Below, piece by piece: positions 38,446 through 49,270 of a stretch of DNA of 64,000 nt; the first letter of the stretch is position 1; the number at the start of each line of letters is the position of its first letter. The notes beneath the pieces were generated by a model. That model was not told the DNA's origin, did no database searches, and worked only from the letters and a program-made list of their open reading frames with translations. Position numbers and translations under genes: made by a program. This stretch comes from Candidatus Ornithomonoglobus merdipullorum (GTDB taxonomy: Bacteria; Bacillota; Clostridia; UBA1381), in NCBI GenBank assembly GCA_018714695.1, contig DVNB01000024.1, positions 2,563 to 66,562 of the forward strand, in the 5' to 3' direction.

Positions 38446-39815
38446 GAGGTAAGAGACGCATTTCAAAAATGGGACGGGCAGTGCGCTGCGCGATAAGATG
38501 CGCGGTGCTTTCTGTGTCTGCTGTTGTTGTCTCCTGCATATGGTTTGCGGCGGAGGTAAACGACCCGGACGGTTCGTTTATGCCTGTTCTTGCTGACGTG
38601 AATGATGATAACAGAGTTTATATCGAGACCGTTTATTCCGAGGATCTTATGAAGCCGAGCGGCGGCGGAAGCTTCGGGACCGAAAACGGTATGACCGCGT
38701 CCGAGACGGCTTTCGTAGCCGTTGCGGTGTATGAAAAGCTGATGGGGCTGCCGAGAAGCTATGAGACGTATTATATGATGATGGACGATTACATAAACAA
38801 AGCTCTCGAATACGGTGTCTGGCCGGTGATATCGGCATCGGGAGAGGAGCCCGTGACTAGGGAGGACGCGGCTGCCGTGCTGGCGCAGCTTGCCGAGGAC
38901 GGCGGCGGAGCGGGTTATACAGAGCTTAAAAGCCTGTCCGGCTACGACTATGCCGCAAACGCGCTCAAGCTGTATAACCTCGGCATCACGCTTGACAAAA
39001 ATGCCGCATATGCGTTTTCTCCTGAGATAGAGCTCAAGAGAGGCGAGATGGCGGAGCTGGTGACAAAGCTGCTGAAGCCCGAAACAAGGATGAGCATATC
39101 CATGCCCGATTACGAAGCGCTCCGCTCTGAGCTGGAGTCTATGATGTCAGGCTATGACGGTGACTGGTCCCTATTTTTCGAGGATTACGAGACGGGAAGC
39201 TCGTTTTCGATAAACAGCCATCAGGTGTTCTCGGCGAGTATAATGAAGCTCTTTGTTATACAGACAGTGTATCAGCGAATCCATGAAGGGCTGATGAGAG
39301 ACAGCGAGGAGCTTGAGGAGCTTTTGTACAGGATGATAACCTACAGCGACAACGACGCATGGTATGCCGTCACTCGGAGAATAAGCGGCAGCACGCATTC
39401 TGCAGGCATGGCGATCGTTACCGACACTGCGGAGGATTACGGTTTTTCGGATACCGGCACATTCTATCTCGGTTATCAGGGAAATTACAATTATACGTCG
39501 GCAGACGACTGCGGAGCATATCTTGAGATGCTGCTTGACGGAGAGATCGTATCGCCCGAGTATTCAGAAAAGATACTTGACCTTATGAAGCAGCAGCAGA
39601 TATTGTACAAGATACCTGCGGGAGTGCCGGATGATGTGCAGACGGCGAACAAGACGGGCGAGCTGGATTACATGCAGGGAGATGCCGCGATAGTCTATGC
39701 ACCGTCCGGGACATATATACTTGTTGTGCTGGCTGATGATCTGACGAATGCGGGGAATGCGCAGGCGGAAATAAGAGAATTGTCGGAATATGTATATAAT
39801 TACCTTAACGGATAG
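38442..39815 (+). CDS. membrane-anchored serine hydrolase (class A beta-lactamase / PBP-like fold)
   Basis: 457 aa with an N-terminal TM helix and SxxK (SIMK), SDN (YSDN) and KTG (KTGE) motifs in the correct order. ATGA overlap with recD2. Confidence 0.7.
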   Translation: MRGKRRISKMGRAVRCAIRCAVLSVSAVVVSCIWFAAEVNDPDGSFMPVLADVNDDNRVYIETVYSEDLMKPSGGGSFGTENGMTASETAFVAVAVYEKLMGLPRSYETYYMMMDDYINKALEYGVWPVISASGEEPVTREDAAAVLAQLAEDGGGAGYTELKSLSGYDYAANALKLYNLGITLDKNAAYAFSPEIELKRGEMAELVTKLLKPETRMSISMPDYEALRSELESMMSGYDGDWSLFFEDYETGSSFSINSHQVFSASIMKLFVIQTVYQRIHEGLMRDSEELEELLYRMITYSDNDAWYAVTRRISGSTHSAGMAIVTDTAEDYGFSDTGTFYLGYQGNYNYTSADDCGAYLEMLLDGEIVSPEYSEKILDLMKQQQILYKIPAGVPDDVQTANKTGELDYMQGDAAIVYAPSGTYILVVLADDLTNAGNAQAEIRELSEYVYNYLNG

Positions 39816-39832
39816 AAGGTAAAATAAAAAGG

Positions 39833-39861
39833 TTTACAAAACGTAACGGTTATGTTATAAT
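39833..39861 (+). promoter_or_regulatory. pyrE promoter
   Basis: TTTACA, 17 nt, then TATAAT. Confidence 0.5.
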
Positions 39862-39945
39862 AGACACATAAAAGAAGCAAAGCAGTATGGCAGGGAGATA
39901 ATACATCGGAGCGGGCGTTTTGCCCGGATAATACGGAGGTACGAT

Positions 39946-40608
39946 ATGATAACAGATGAGAAAATAAAGTTTATTGAGTTTATGATGGAATCCGACGTTC
40001 TGCGTTTCGGAGATTTTGTTACGAAAAGCGGAAGAAATACGCCGTATTTTGTAAATACGGGAAATTACAGAACGGGCAGACAGATAGCGACGCTCGGAAA
40101 GTTTTATGCGGCTCTTGTAAAGGAGACGGTGGGAGACGGATTCGACTGTATGTTCGGACCGGCATATAAGGGTATACCGCTGGCGGCGGGCTGCGCTGCC
40201 GCGCTTTACAGCGAGTATGGGATAGATAAGCCGTATTTCTTTAACCGGAAGGAAGAGAAGGATCACGGCGAGGGCGGCTCGATAGTGGGTTATAAGCCGA
40301 AGGACGGCGACAGAGTTATAATAATAGAGGACGTAATAACCGCCGGGACCGCCATACGCGAGACGATGCCGGTATTGAGAGCGGCAGCAGACGTAGAGGT
40401 GAAGGATATGTTTATATCCGTAAACCGCTGTGAGGTGGGAACAACACCGGGGAAGACTGCCATAATGGAGGTAGGAGAGGATTTCGGAATAAACGTTCAT
40501 GCGATAGTTACCGTAGAGGACATATATGAATACCTCAAGAGCAAGGAAGAGTATAAGGACATGATCCCGAAGATGGAGGAATACATGGCTAAGTATTGTA
40601 TCATCTGA
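39946..40608 (+). CDS. pyrE: orotate phosphoribosyltransferase
   Basis: 220 aa with the PRPP-binding motif VIIIEDVITAGTA and the N-terminal LRFGDFVTKSGRNTPYF. Confidence 0.92.
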   Translation: MITDEKIKFIEFMMESDVLRFGDFVTKSGRNTPYFVNTGNYRTGRQIATLGKFYAALVKETVGDGFDCMFGPAYKGIPLAAGCAAALYSEYGIDKPYFFNRKEEKDHGEGGSIVGYKPKDGDRVIIIEDVITAGTAIRETMPVLRAAADVEVKDMFISVNRCEVGTTPGKTAIMEVGEDFGINVHAIVTVEDIYEYLKSKEEYKDMIPKMEEYMAKYCII

Positions 40609-40633
40609 GCTTCGGGAAGCAAAGGAGGGCTTT

Positions 40634-41842
40634 ATGAGTATAAAAAAATTGATTGCATCGGGTGCGGCTGTGCTCGGACTGTGCGCTGCATTCGCAGTTG
40701 GCGCAAGCGCGGAGGAGGACGTCGTTACGGTATTGGTCGATAACGTAAACGTTGTTTTTGATCAGGAACCGGTAATACTTGACGGCAGAACGCTTGTTCC
40801 GGCGCGCGCGGTTTTTGAGCGGGCGGGCGCTGAGGTCTCGTGGGATCAGGAGAGTCTGACTGCGACGATCGTAAGGGGCGATTATACCGTAACTATCACA
40901 TACGGCGATACTGCGCTTTACAGAAACGGAGAGAGAATAGAGCTCGATATACCTGCCATAATGCTTGCAGACAGAATAATGCTGCCGGTGCGTGCCATCT
41001 CGGAGGCTATGGATTTTGCCGTTACATGGGACGGACATCACAGCATGGTTCTAGTGGCAACCAACGGTAAGCCGTACAGGGCATACGCGTTCCTGAGAAC
41101 GGGTTTTCAGACGCTTGAGGACACGGCGGAGTTTTATTCAAACGGAACCGCGCTTGAAAACGGTATAGATCTCGATAATGACGGAACTCCGGAGACCGTC
41201 TCATTTTCGTCAACGCAGGATATGTCGGCGGTAACTACACCGGTGCTGTCGATAAACGGGATAGACTACACAGCCGGTCTGGGAAGCCTTACAAGCGCTT
41301 ATTCAATCGCGGTGGTCGACATAGACGGAAGCGACTCCACGAAGGAGATAGTGGTGAGCGAAAACGGAGATACATTGACCGCTCATTTTTATAGATATGA
41401 AAACGGTATCCTTAAAGTGCTTTCAGACGGAAGCACGCCGTCCGTCATCTCTTACGCTTCAAAGCTTCTGTTCAGCGGTACCGGATATATCATATCGGAT
41501 CTTGCGGGAACTTGCTTTGTCGATATAATGGTCACGGGCGGAGTTTACAGGCTTGAGGATCAGAGTGTTGAACTCTACAGGATGCGTTCTATCGAGAGCA
41601 TCTACGGCAGGAATCTGTACCGTGTATATGATGACAATATGCTTTATCATGTTATATACACCGGCAGTTATACGGGCGGAAGCTATAAGGACATAACCGA
41701 TACCGGGGTAATAAGCTCGGGGGATCTTCAGCAGTTTAAAATACTGGACGGATATGTGGATACCGATGATCCGAGATACATAGAGCTTTATATAGAGCTT
41801 CCTGACGGGACTACGGCAGTCATAAAACCGTATCAAACGTAA
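40634..41842 (+). CDS. secreted protein with an N-terminal copper-amine-oxidase-N-like domain and FG-GAP/VCBS-like segments
   Basis: 402 aa with a signal peptide (AAFAVGASA). Stalk domain pattern DGRTLVPARAVFERAGAEVSWD...DRIMLPVRAISEAMDFAVTWDG, followed by DLDNDGTPE and VDIDGSDSTKEIVV. Confidence 0.6.
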   Translation: MSIKKLIASGAAVLGLCAAFAVGASAEEDVVTVLVDNVNVVFDQEPVILDGRTLVPARAVFERAGAEVSWDQESLTATIVRGDYTVTITYGDTALYRNGERIELDIPAIMLADRIMLPVRAISEAMDFAVTWDGHHSMVLVATNGKPYRAYAFLRTGFQTLEDTAEFYSNGTALENGIDLDNDGTPETVSFSSTQDMSAVTTPVLSINGIDYTAGLGSLTSAYSIAVVDIDGSDSTKEIVVSENGDTLTAHFYRYENGILKVLSDGSTPSVISYASKLLFSGTGYIISDLAGTCFVDIMVTGGVYRLEDQSVELYRMRSIESIYGRNLYRVYDDNMLYHVIYTGSYTGGSYKDITDTGVISSGDLQQFKILDGYVDTDDPRYIELYIELPDGTTAVIKPYQT

Positions 41843-41897
41843 GAAAAAACAATTGGGCAGTGAACAAAGAAGATAACGAAGTGAGGAGGAGATCAAT

Positions 41898-42950
41898 ATT
41901 TTTAAAAGGATAACAGCCGCGGCTGCGGCAGCGCTTCTTTTCGGAATTCAGGCGTCGGCATATAATGTTGTGGATCTTCCGAATTCAATGATATTTGCCG
42001 ATGCACTGGGGATCTTCGATGCGTCCGAGATCGCCTCTGCGACGATCTGCAACATGGATACGAATACTTATAAAAACCTGAGTACCGAGGAGATAAACGA
42101 GTTTTACGAAACGGCGAGCGCAGTAACGGTATGGAGGAAGATAAATCCGACACCTTTCCGCGGCACGTGCGTTAATTTCACGACGGTGGACGGGACCAAT
42201 ATAAGCTACTATTTTGAATCCGGAGTTCAGATAGGCACGTATGGGGTGGATAATTATGTCTGCTATATGCCCGCAAAAGAGGATGCGGCGGAGCTTTCGT
42301 ATCTTGAGACAGAATTCCTGGATGCGGAGGATAAATACGGCGGAACGCTCTGGAATGTGAGCACCGCATGGGATTTTCTGAAGCTTCCGCAGGATCCGTG
42401 GGCAATACCCGAGATACAGGTAGCTGCGGCAAGGTCGCTTGTGCCGTATGAGTTTACTGACAAATACAATGATAATATAACGAGAGAGCAGTTCGCAGTC
42501 CTGCTTGAAAATACGATCGTGGTAGCGGGCAACTATGCCAATATGAACGCGTATATGAATGAGGCAGGTATAAGCTATATTCCGGGCAGATTTTCCGACT
42601 GTGCCGGCAGGAACGAGGCCATCGACAGACTTTGTGCCGTCGGCGTCATAAGCGGCAGGTCCGATACGGAGTTTGCGCCTGACGGAGCGGTGTCAAGGCA
42701 GGAAGCGGCAGCTATGATAACGCGTGTTGCCGACCTGTTTATGTATGTCGGTACAAATTATACGATAGAGAGTACAGATGCCGACTCTGTGGATGAGTGG
42801 GCAAGGTTCTATGTGAACTGGGTCGCGGACAAGGGGATAATGTCCGGCGATGATCAGAACAGGTTCGATCCTCACGGCTCTCTTACCGTGCAGCAGGCGA
42901 TAGCGTCGATAAACAGGTTATATAACCTTATCACATATTGGGAAAGCTGA
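41898..42950 (+). CDS. secreted protein with three C-terminal SLH domains; proposed non-canonical ATT start
   Basis: The track starts at GTG 41970, but the frame is open from 41877. GAGGAGGAG (41883-41891) sits 6 nt before ATT at 41898. The extension reads (M)FKRITAAAAAALLFGIQASA/YNVV, a complete signal peptide. The C-terminal SLH repeats need export. Confidence 0.6.
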   Translation: MFKRITAAAAAALLFGIQASAYNVVDLPNSMIFADALGIFDASEIASATICNMDTNTYKNLSTEEINEFYETASAVTVWRKINPTPFRGTCVNFTTVDGTNISYYFESGVQIGTYGVDNYVCYMPAKEDAAELSYLETEFLDAEDKYGGTLWNVSTAWDFLKLPQDPWAIPEIQVAAARSLVPYEFTDKYNDNITREQFAVLLENTIVVAGNYANMNAYMNEAGISYIPGRFSDCAGRNEAIDRLCAVGVISGRSDTEFAPDGAVSRQEAAAMITRVADLFMYVGTNYTIESTDADSVDEWARFYVNWVADKGIMSGDDQNRFDPHGSLTVQQAIASINRLYNLITYWES

Positions 42951-42958
42951 TGATCGGC

Positions 42959-42995
42959 GGCCGCGGAGGTCGAACTCCGCGGCTGTTTGCTTTGT
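42959..42995 (+). terminator. intrinsic terminator
   Basis: GCCGCGGAG-gtcgaa-CTCCGCGGC followed by TGTTTGCTTTG. Confidence 0.6.
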
Positions 42996-43027
42996 ACAGG
43001 CATCGGCATAAATTTATACGAGGAGAG

Positions 43028-43990
43028 ATGAAATTGAAAATTGGCGGTTTGGAGCTCGAAAATAATATCTTTCTGGCACCGATGGCGGGGATAACGGACA
43101 AGCCGTTTAGAGAGATATGCAGAGGCTTCGGTGCCGGGATGGTCTACAGCGAGATGATCAGCGCAAAAGGGCTGCATTATAATGATAAAAAGACGGCGGA
43201 GCTTATGGATATGAGCGGAGAGAATCCGTGTGCCATACAGATATTCGGTTCCGAGCCGGAGCTGATGGCGGAAATAATTCCGAAGGTCATGGAGTATAAG
43301 CCGGATGTAATAGATATAAATATGGGATGCCCGGCTCCGAAAATAGTAAATAACGGAGACGGGAGCGCGCTTATGAAAACGCCCGAGCTCATGGGAAGGA
43401 TAATGCGCGCGGTATCCGAGGCGTCTCCGGTACCGGTCACTGCAAAGATAAGAAAAGGCTGGGAAGAGGATAATTCTCTTGAGTGCGCGAAGCTTCTTGA
43501 GGAGAACGGCGCGGCGGCGGTGGCTGTCCACGGCAGGACCAGATGTGAGTTCTACAGCGGAAAAGCCGATTGGGATGTCATAAAGACGATAAAGAGGGAG
43601 CTGTCTGTTCCGGTGATAGGAAACGGCGACATCTTTTGCGCTGAGGATGCGGTGAGGATGTTTGAATATACGGGCTGTGACGCCGTTATGGTAGCCAGAG
43701 GAGCAGAGGGGAATCCGTGGATCTTTGCTCAGATAAACGAGCTGATCGAGACAGGATGTGTAAAGACAAGCCCGAGCCCGGCTGAAAGGCTCGATCAAGC
43801 GCTGGAGCACACAAGACGGCTTGTTGCGGAAAAAGGCGAGAGCCGCGGGATGAAGGAGGCGAGAAAGCATATCGCATGGTATATAAAAGGAATGCGCGGC
43901 GCTTCAAGACTCAAAACGGAGATATTCCGCATTGGTGATTATGCTGTGATGGAGTCTGTTTTGAAGAGCTATATTGATGATTATTTATAA
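43028..43990 (+). CDS. dusB: tRNA-dihydrouridine synthase
   Basis: 320 aa from the ATG at 43028 (GAGGAGAG SD), FLAPMAGITDKPFR...DINMGCP. Confidence 0.92.
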   Translation: MKLKIGGLELENNIFLAPMAGITDKPFREICRGFGAGMVYSEMISAKGLHYNDKKTAELMDMSGENPCAIQIFGSEPELMAEIIPKVMEYKPDVIDINMGCPAPKIVNNGDGSALMKTPELMGRIMRAVSEASPVPVTAKIRKGWEEDNSLECAKLLEENGAAAVAVHGRTRCEFYSGKADWDVIKTIKRELSVPVIGNGDIFCAEDAVRMFEYTGCDAVMVARGAEGNPWIFAQINELIETGCVKTSPSPAERLDQALEHTRRLVAEKGESRGMKEARKHIAWYIKGMRGASRLKTEIFRIGDYAVMESVLKSYIDDYL

Positions 43991-44015
43991 ATCTTAAAAA
44001 ATATTGTTAAAGATA

Positions 44016-44044
44016 TTGAAAAAAAATAATTTTTTTGGTACAAT
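44016..44044 (+). promoter_or_regulatory. guaB promoter
   Basis: TTGAAA, 17 nt, then TGGTACAAT (extended -10). Confidence 0.5.
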
Positions 44045-44053
44045 AAAATTTAA

Positions 44054-45616
<1,563 letters not shown>

Positions 45617-45626
45617 AGAATACATA

Positions 45627-45662
45627 CGAAGGCGTCTGTTTCTCAAACAGGCGTCTTTTTTA
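45627..45662 (+). terminator. intrinsic terminator
   Basis: GGCGTCTGTTT-ctc-AAACAGGCGTC followed by TTTTTT. Confidence 0.7.
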
Positions 45663-46035
45663 CACGGAATTGATCTTTGGAGCGGTCTTTTTGCAGATGA
45701 CATATTTACGGCTGTAAAATTTGTAAGACCGCACAACCAAGCCATTTGTGGATGATATTATTACAATGCTTAAATACTCCGTAGCAACATTGTAATAATT
45801 ATAGTCAAACAATCATGAATTTGTCCAAAATGCCACTAAAATTTTATCCGATAACTCAGCACTTTTTTCATACCGAAGAAATTACAAGGCAAAAAATATA
45901 AGATATGACCGGATTTTGACTGTGAATGTAACAAGACTGCAATATAACTCGCGTAATATTACATTTGTGTTACGCAATTTATTAAGCAAAACTGAAGAAG
46001 TCCGTAATATTTTCGTAACTATTTGAAAAAAAGGC

Positions 46036-46064
46036 TTGACAATGCGGCAAATTAATGATACAAT
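46036..46064 (+). promoter_or_regulatory. promoter of the SLH-NlpC/P60 gene
   Basis: TTGACA, 17 nt, then TGATACAAT (extended -10). Leaves a ~210-nt leader. Confidence 0.55.
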
Positions 46065-46279
46065 ACCACTTGTAGACCGAAAGAAAGACTAATATACGTA
46101 AAGATCAAGTAAGACATATCGGAAAAGAACATTACATCGGAAGATCATATCAGTTTATTATATCAAAGGCAAGAGACTTAAAGTATCACGAAGCGAAACG
46201 GAGTTCGGGAGCTGGCTTCCGGACGCAGGTCAGAAATCCTTCGCATCGGGCGAAGGAGAAAAGGAGAGATTAATTCTTT

Positions 46280-47611
46280 ATGAAAATCGTACACAAAATG
46301 ATTCTCGGTGCAATTTCATTATCCGCCGTTCTCGGAACATCGGCAATGGCTGCTGATCTCAGCGGCTGGGCTATATCCGGATATCAGGCGGCAAGTGAAG
46401 CGGGCTTGGTTTCATATTCGGTTGTATCGAACAACTTAAAGGATTCCATCACTCGTGAGGAGTTCTGTGAACTTGCAATGAATTTGTACAAAAAGCTTAC
46501 CAATGAAACAGTACCGGTACCTGCCGGATCGCCCTTTACGGATACCGACAGCGTTGCGGTAGCGCAGGCGTATAATTACGGCATAGTACAGGGCACGGAT
46601 GATAACACATTTACACCGGACAGATTGGTAACAAGAGAAGAAATGGCGAAGATGCTCGTAAGCACTTTGACCGCAAGCGAGGTTGTATTCAACATTGCCG
46701 ACGGAGCGGACACGTCATATGTCAATAGCTTTTCGGATGGTGACGAGGTAAGCTCGTGGGCGATGTCATCTGTAAACACCGCACTCAATTACGGACTTAT
46801 AACAGGTGTTACTGAGACCACGCTGGAACCGCTGGAGGCTACTTCCAGAGAACAGGCTATAGTAAGTGTAAACAGATCGTATTCACAGTTCAGTGCGTCG
46901 CCGTATTCGGTAGCCGAGATACCGCAGATAATACTGCCGGAGGACGGCGCAGATATAACTACGGAAAGCTTTGAGGTTAAGTGGAGCGGCACTGAAAATG
47001 CTGTGTCATATCACGTTATAATCAAAGATTCTTCTGCTGAAGCAGTGCTTTTAAAGGATGTTGATACCAATTCGATAACTGTTACAAGCAGTGCTTTGTC
47101 GAAGGGAGACTACTCCATAACAGTCGGAGCTGTGTTGCAGGACGGCTCGGAGGTGTACAGCCTTCCTATTGATTTCTCATACTCCTATGGAAAGGCAGCT
47201 GAAAGATCGGCTGTAAAGGCTGAGTACAGCTCATCCGATCCTGTTATGCAGAGCATTTTGGACACGGCTGCAAGCTACTTGGGAACACCGTATGTGTGGG
47301 GCGGTACGTCACCCGACGGATTTGACTGCTCGGGATTTGTTCAGTACGTGTACAGCCAGAACGGCTATAGCCTCACAAGAACTACATATACACAGTGGGA
47401 TAACGACGGTACATTTGTTTCAAAGAGCGAACTTCAGCCCGGCGACCTTGTATACTTCGGTTCGGGCGGTTCACCCACCCATGTCGGTATCTATGTAGGT
47501 GACGGAATGATGATCCATTCACCGAGCACGGGTGACGTTGTAAAATATTCGACGATCGAGAGCGGATATTACAGCAATAATTATATGGGTGCAAAGAGAA
47601 TTGTAAACTGA
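46280..47611 (+). CDS. SLH-domain NlpC/P60 peptidoglycan endopeptidase
   Basis: 443 aa with a signal peptide and N-terminal SLH repeats. The C-terminal NlpC/P60 domain has the Cys motif (GTPYVWGGTSPDGFDCSGFVQYVY) and the His motif (THVGIYVGDGMMIHSP). Confidence 0.88.
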   Translation: MKIVHKMILGAISLSAVLGTSAMAADLSGWAISGYQAASEAGLVSYSVVSNNLKDSITREEFCELAMNLYKKLTNETVPVPAGSPFTDTDSVAVAQAYNYGIVQGTDDNTFTPDRLVTREEMAKMLVSTLTASEVVFNIADGADTSYVNSFSDGDEVSSWAMSSVNTALNYGLITGVTETTLEPLEATSREQAIVSVNRSYSQFSASPYSVAEIPQIILPEDGADITTESFEVKWSGTENAVSYHVIIKDSSAEAVLLKDVDTNSITVTSSALSKGDYSITVGAVLQDGSEVYSLPIDFSYSYGKAAERSAVKAEYSSSDPVMQSILDTAASYLGTPYVWGGTSPDGFDCSGFVQYVYSQNGYSLTRTTYTQWDNDGTFVSKSELQPGDLVYFGSGGSPTHVGIYVGDGMMIHSPSTGDVVKYSTIESGYYSNNYMGAKRIVN

Positions 47612-47621
47612 TCGGTCTGCT

Positions 47622-47652
47622 AAAACTGCCGCGGAAGCGGCAGTTTTTATTT
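47622..47652 (+). terminator. intrinsic terminator
   Basis: AAAACTGCCGC-ggaa-GCGGCAGTTTT followed by TATTTT. Confidence 0.7.
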
Positions 47653-47700
47653 TCCGCATGGTTTCGATTTGCAAATACAGAGAACAGGAGAGCTGCTTTT

Positions 47701-48705
47701 ATGATAGTTGGACTTAAAAACGCGATACTGCATATACTCGATGTCACGTCGGGGATAAATGTGTATTCAGACGAGCTCTTGGATATCGAGAGCGCGGAGA
47801 TAAATAATTTTATAACGAAGCATATTGAAAAGATATACGACTCCGCATCGCTGAGGCCTGCCGAATTCAAGCCTGCGAGCGGTTTTAGAGCCAAGATACG
47901 CGAATACGCGAACGGGGACATATCCTTTGCGGATATGTCCAAAAATGCCGCATTGCGCCTTCAGGAGGCATATGCCCATGAGGCGGAGCCAAAATCGTGT
48001 GATATAATCGTATGCGAGTTCGTGACGAACGACAGGGATATGATAGGCATATTGAAATGTGACAACAGTACCGGTATGACGCATACCGTAGTTCAGGACG
48101 GGGAAAAGGTGCTGAACAATATGATAAATCATTACGCCATCCTGCCGCCCGTGAGCAAGAAGATCGCGGAGTGCGCTTTTATAGACACTGAAACGGAAGA
48201 GGTCAGATATTCGGGAAAGAAGCATAAGATAGACGGAGAGACGGTGGATATAATAGCCGAGCTGCTCCTGGAATGCGAGTATGAGATATCGCCGAGAGAG
48301 AGCGTGAACACGGTCACCAGGACCGCGAAAAAGGTAGCTTTGGAAAACGGTGCCGATACCATTGAAGCGGCGGCAAAGATAAAGGAGTACGTCACAAAGA
48401 GCATAGAGGATAACAATTTTGAATTTATCGATACGGAAGCCGTTGCGGAAGCGGTGTTCGAGGGACTTCCGGCTATGCGTGAAGAGTTTTCGGAGAAGAT
48501 AGAGAAGGCCGGCGTGCCGAAGAAGGTAGAGGTAAATCAATATATAACGAAAAAGATGACCTCTAACGTAAAGCTTTCGACTGACACCGGAGTGGAGCTG
48601 TCGTTTCCTCCGGAGTATTACAGAAACCCGAAGTATATGGAGATAATAACGAACGAGGACGGGACGCTATCCATAAAGCTTAACAACATAACAGAGCTGC
48701 ACTGA
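47701..48705 (+). CDS. nucleoid-associated protein (NdpA/YejK, NA37 family-like)
   Basis: 334 aa. The N-terminus LKNAILHILD matches my memory of this family's signature. No search was done. Confidence 0.55.
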   Translation: MIVGLKNAILHILDVTSGINVYSDELLDIESAEINNFITKHIEKIYDSASLRPAEFKPASGFRAKIREYANGDISFADMSKNAALRLQEAYAHEAEPKSCDIIVCEFVTNDRDMIGILKCDNSTGMTHTVVQDGEKVLNNMINHYAILPPVSKKIAECAFIDTETEEVRYSGKKHKIDGETVDIIAELLLECEYEISPRESVNTVTRTAKKVALENGADTIEAAAKIKEYVTKSIEDNNFEFIDTEAVAEAVFEGLPAMREEFSEKIEKAGVPKKVEVNQYITKKMTSNVKLSTDTGVELSFPPEYYRNPKYMEIITNEDGTLSIKLNNITELH

Positions 48706-48726
48706 CGGATGAGTTACATAAAGTTA

Positions 48727-48755
48727 TTGACATTACAATACCGATAGGGTATAAT
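48727..48755 (+). promoter_or_regulatory. promoter
   Basis: TTGACA, 17 nt, then TATAAT (perfect consensus). Confidence 0.55.
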
Positions 48756-48790
48756 ATTTATGTAAATGCTGCGGGAACGGAGGAGATCCG

Positions 48791-49270
48791 ATGAAGGAAG
48801 AGATAACTGCGGGCGGAAAGGAATTCGTGTTCGCAATGATATGGGCGGCGATCCTGTATTTTGTATGCTGGATAGTCATGTCGCTCTTTTACAGCTACGC
48901 GTTTGTAGGCGGTATAATTGCCGTTATAATATTTGCGGTATATGGTTTTTTGATATTGACACATTATACCGCGAGATTTTCATATTCATTAAATGACGGT
49001 ATCCTGCGTGTGAACAGAACGATAGGAAAGCGGAACAAGGAAGCAGAGATAAACTGTGCTGCTATAGAGGGCGCGTATTACGGATACAAGCCGATGTCGT
49101 TTCCGAAAAAATGTATGAGCATGAGGATGAGCATACTCAATAAAAAGCGGTCTTTGTATATCGAGTACAGAGATAAGGCAGGCGGGCTTTGCGGTATAGT
49201 GATAGAACCGTCCGAGAAGCTCCGGAAGAAGATAATCAAGCAGAAGGATAAGGGTAGAAACGATGACTAA
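48791..49270 (+). CDS. small membrane protein (2 TM plus a cytoplasmic PH-like domain), function unknown
   Basis: 159 aa with two hydrophobic helices and then a soluble basic domain. GGAGGAG SD. Overlaps the next gene by 8 nt. Confidence 0.6.
   Translation: MKEEITAGGKEFVFAMIWAAILYFVCWIVMSLFYSYAFVGGIIAVIIFAVYGFLILTHYTARFSYSLNDGILRVNRTIGKRNKEAEINCAAIEGAYYGYKPMSFPKKCMSMRMSILNKKRSLYIEYRDKAGGLCGIVIEPSEKLRKKIIKQKDKGRNDD

Noticed and set aside
39850-40500. 216-aa ORF on the - strand
   Set aside because: Antisense to pyrE, with a Tyr/Arg/Leu-rich nonsense-like composition and no SD.
42872-43870. 332-aa ORF on the - strand
   Set aside because: Antisense to dusB, with no family resemblance. The long open frame is a by-product of codon bias on the sense strand.
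46071-46279. ydaO c-di-AMP riboswitch upstream of the NlpC/P60 gene
   Set aside because: The context is suggestive, but the leader is mostly AT-rich and lacks the pseudo-symmetric conserved cores. The GC-rich 3' part (~60 nt) is too short.
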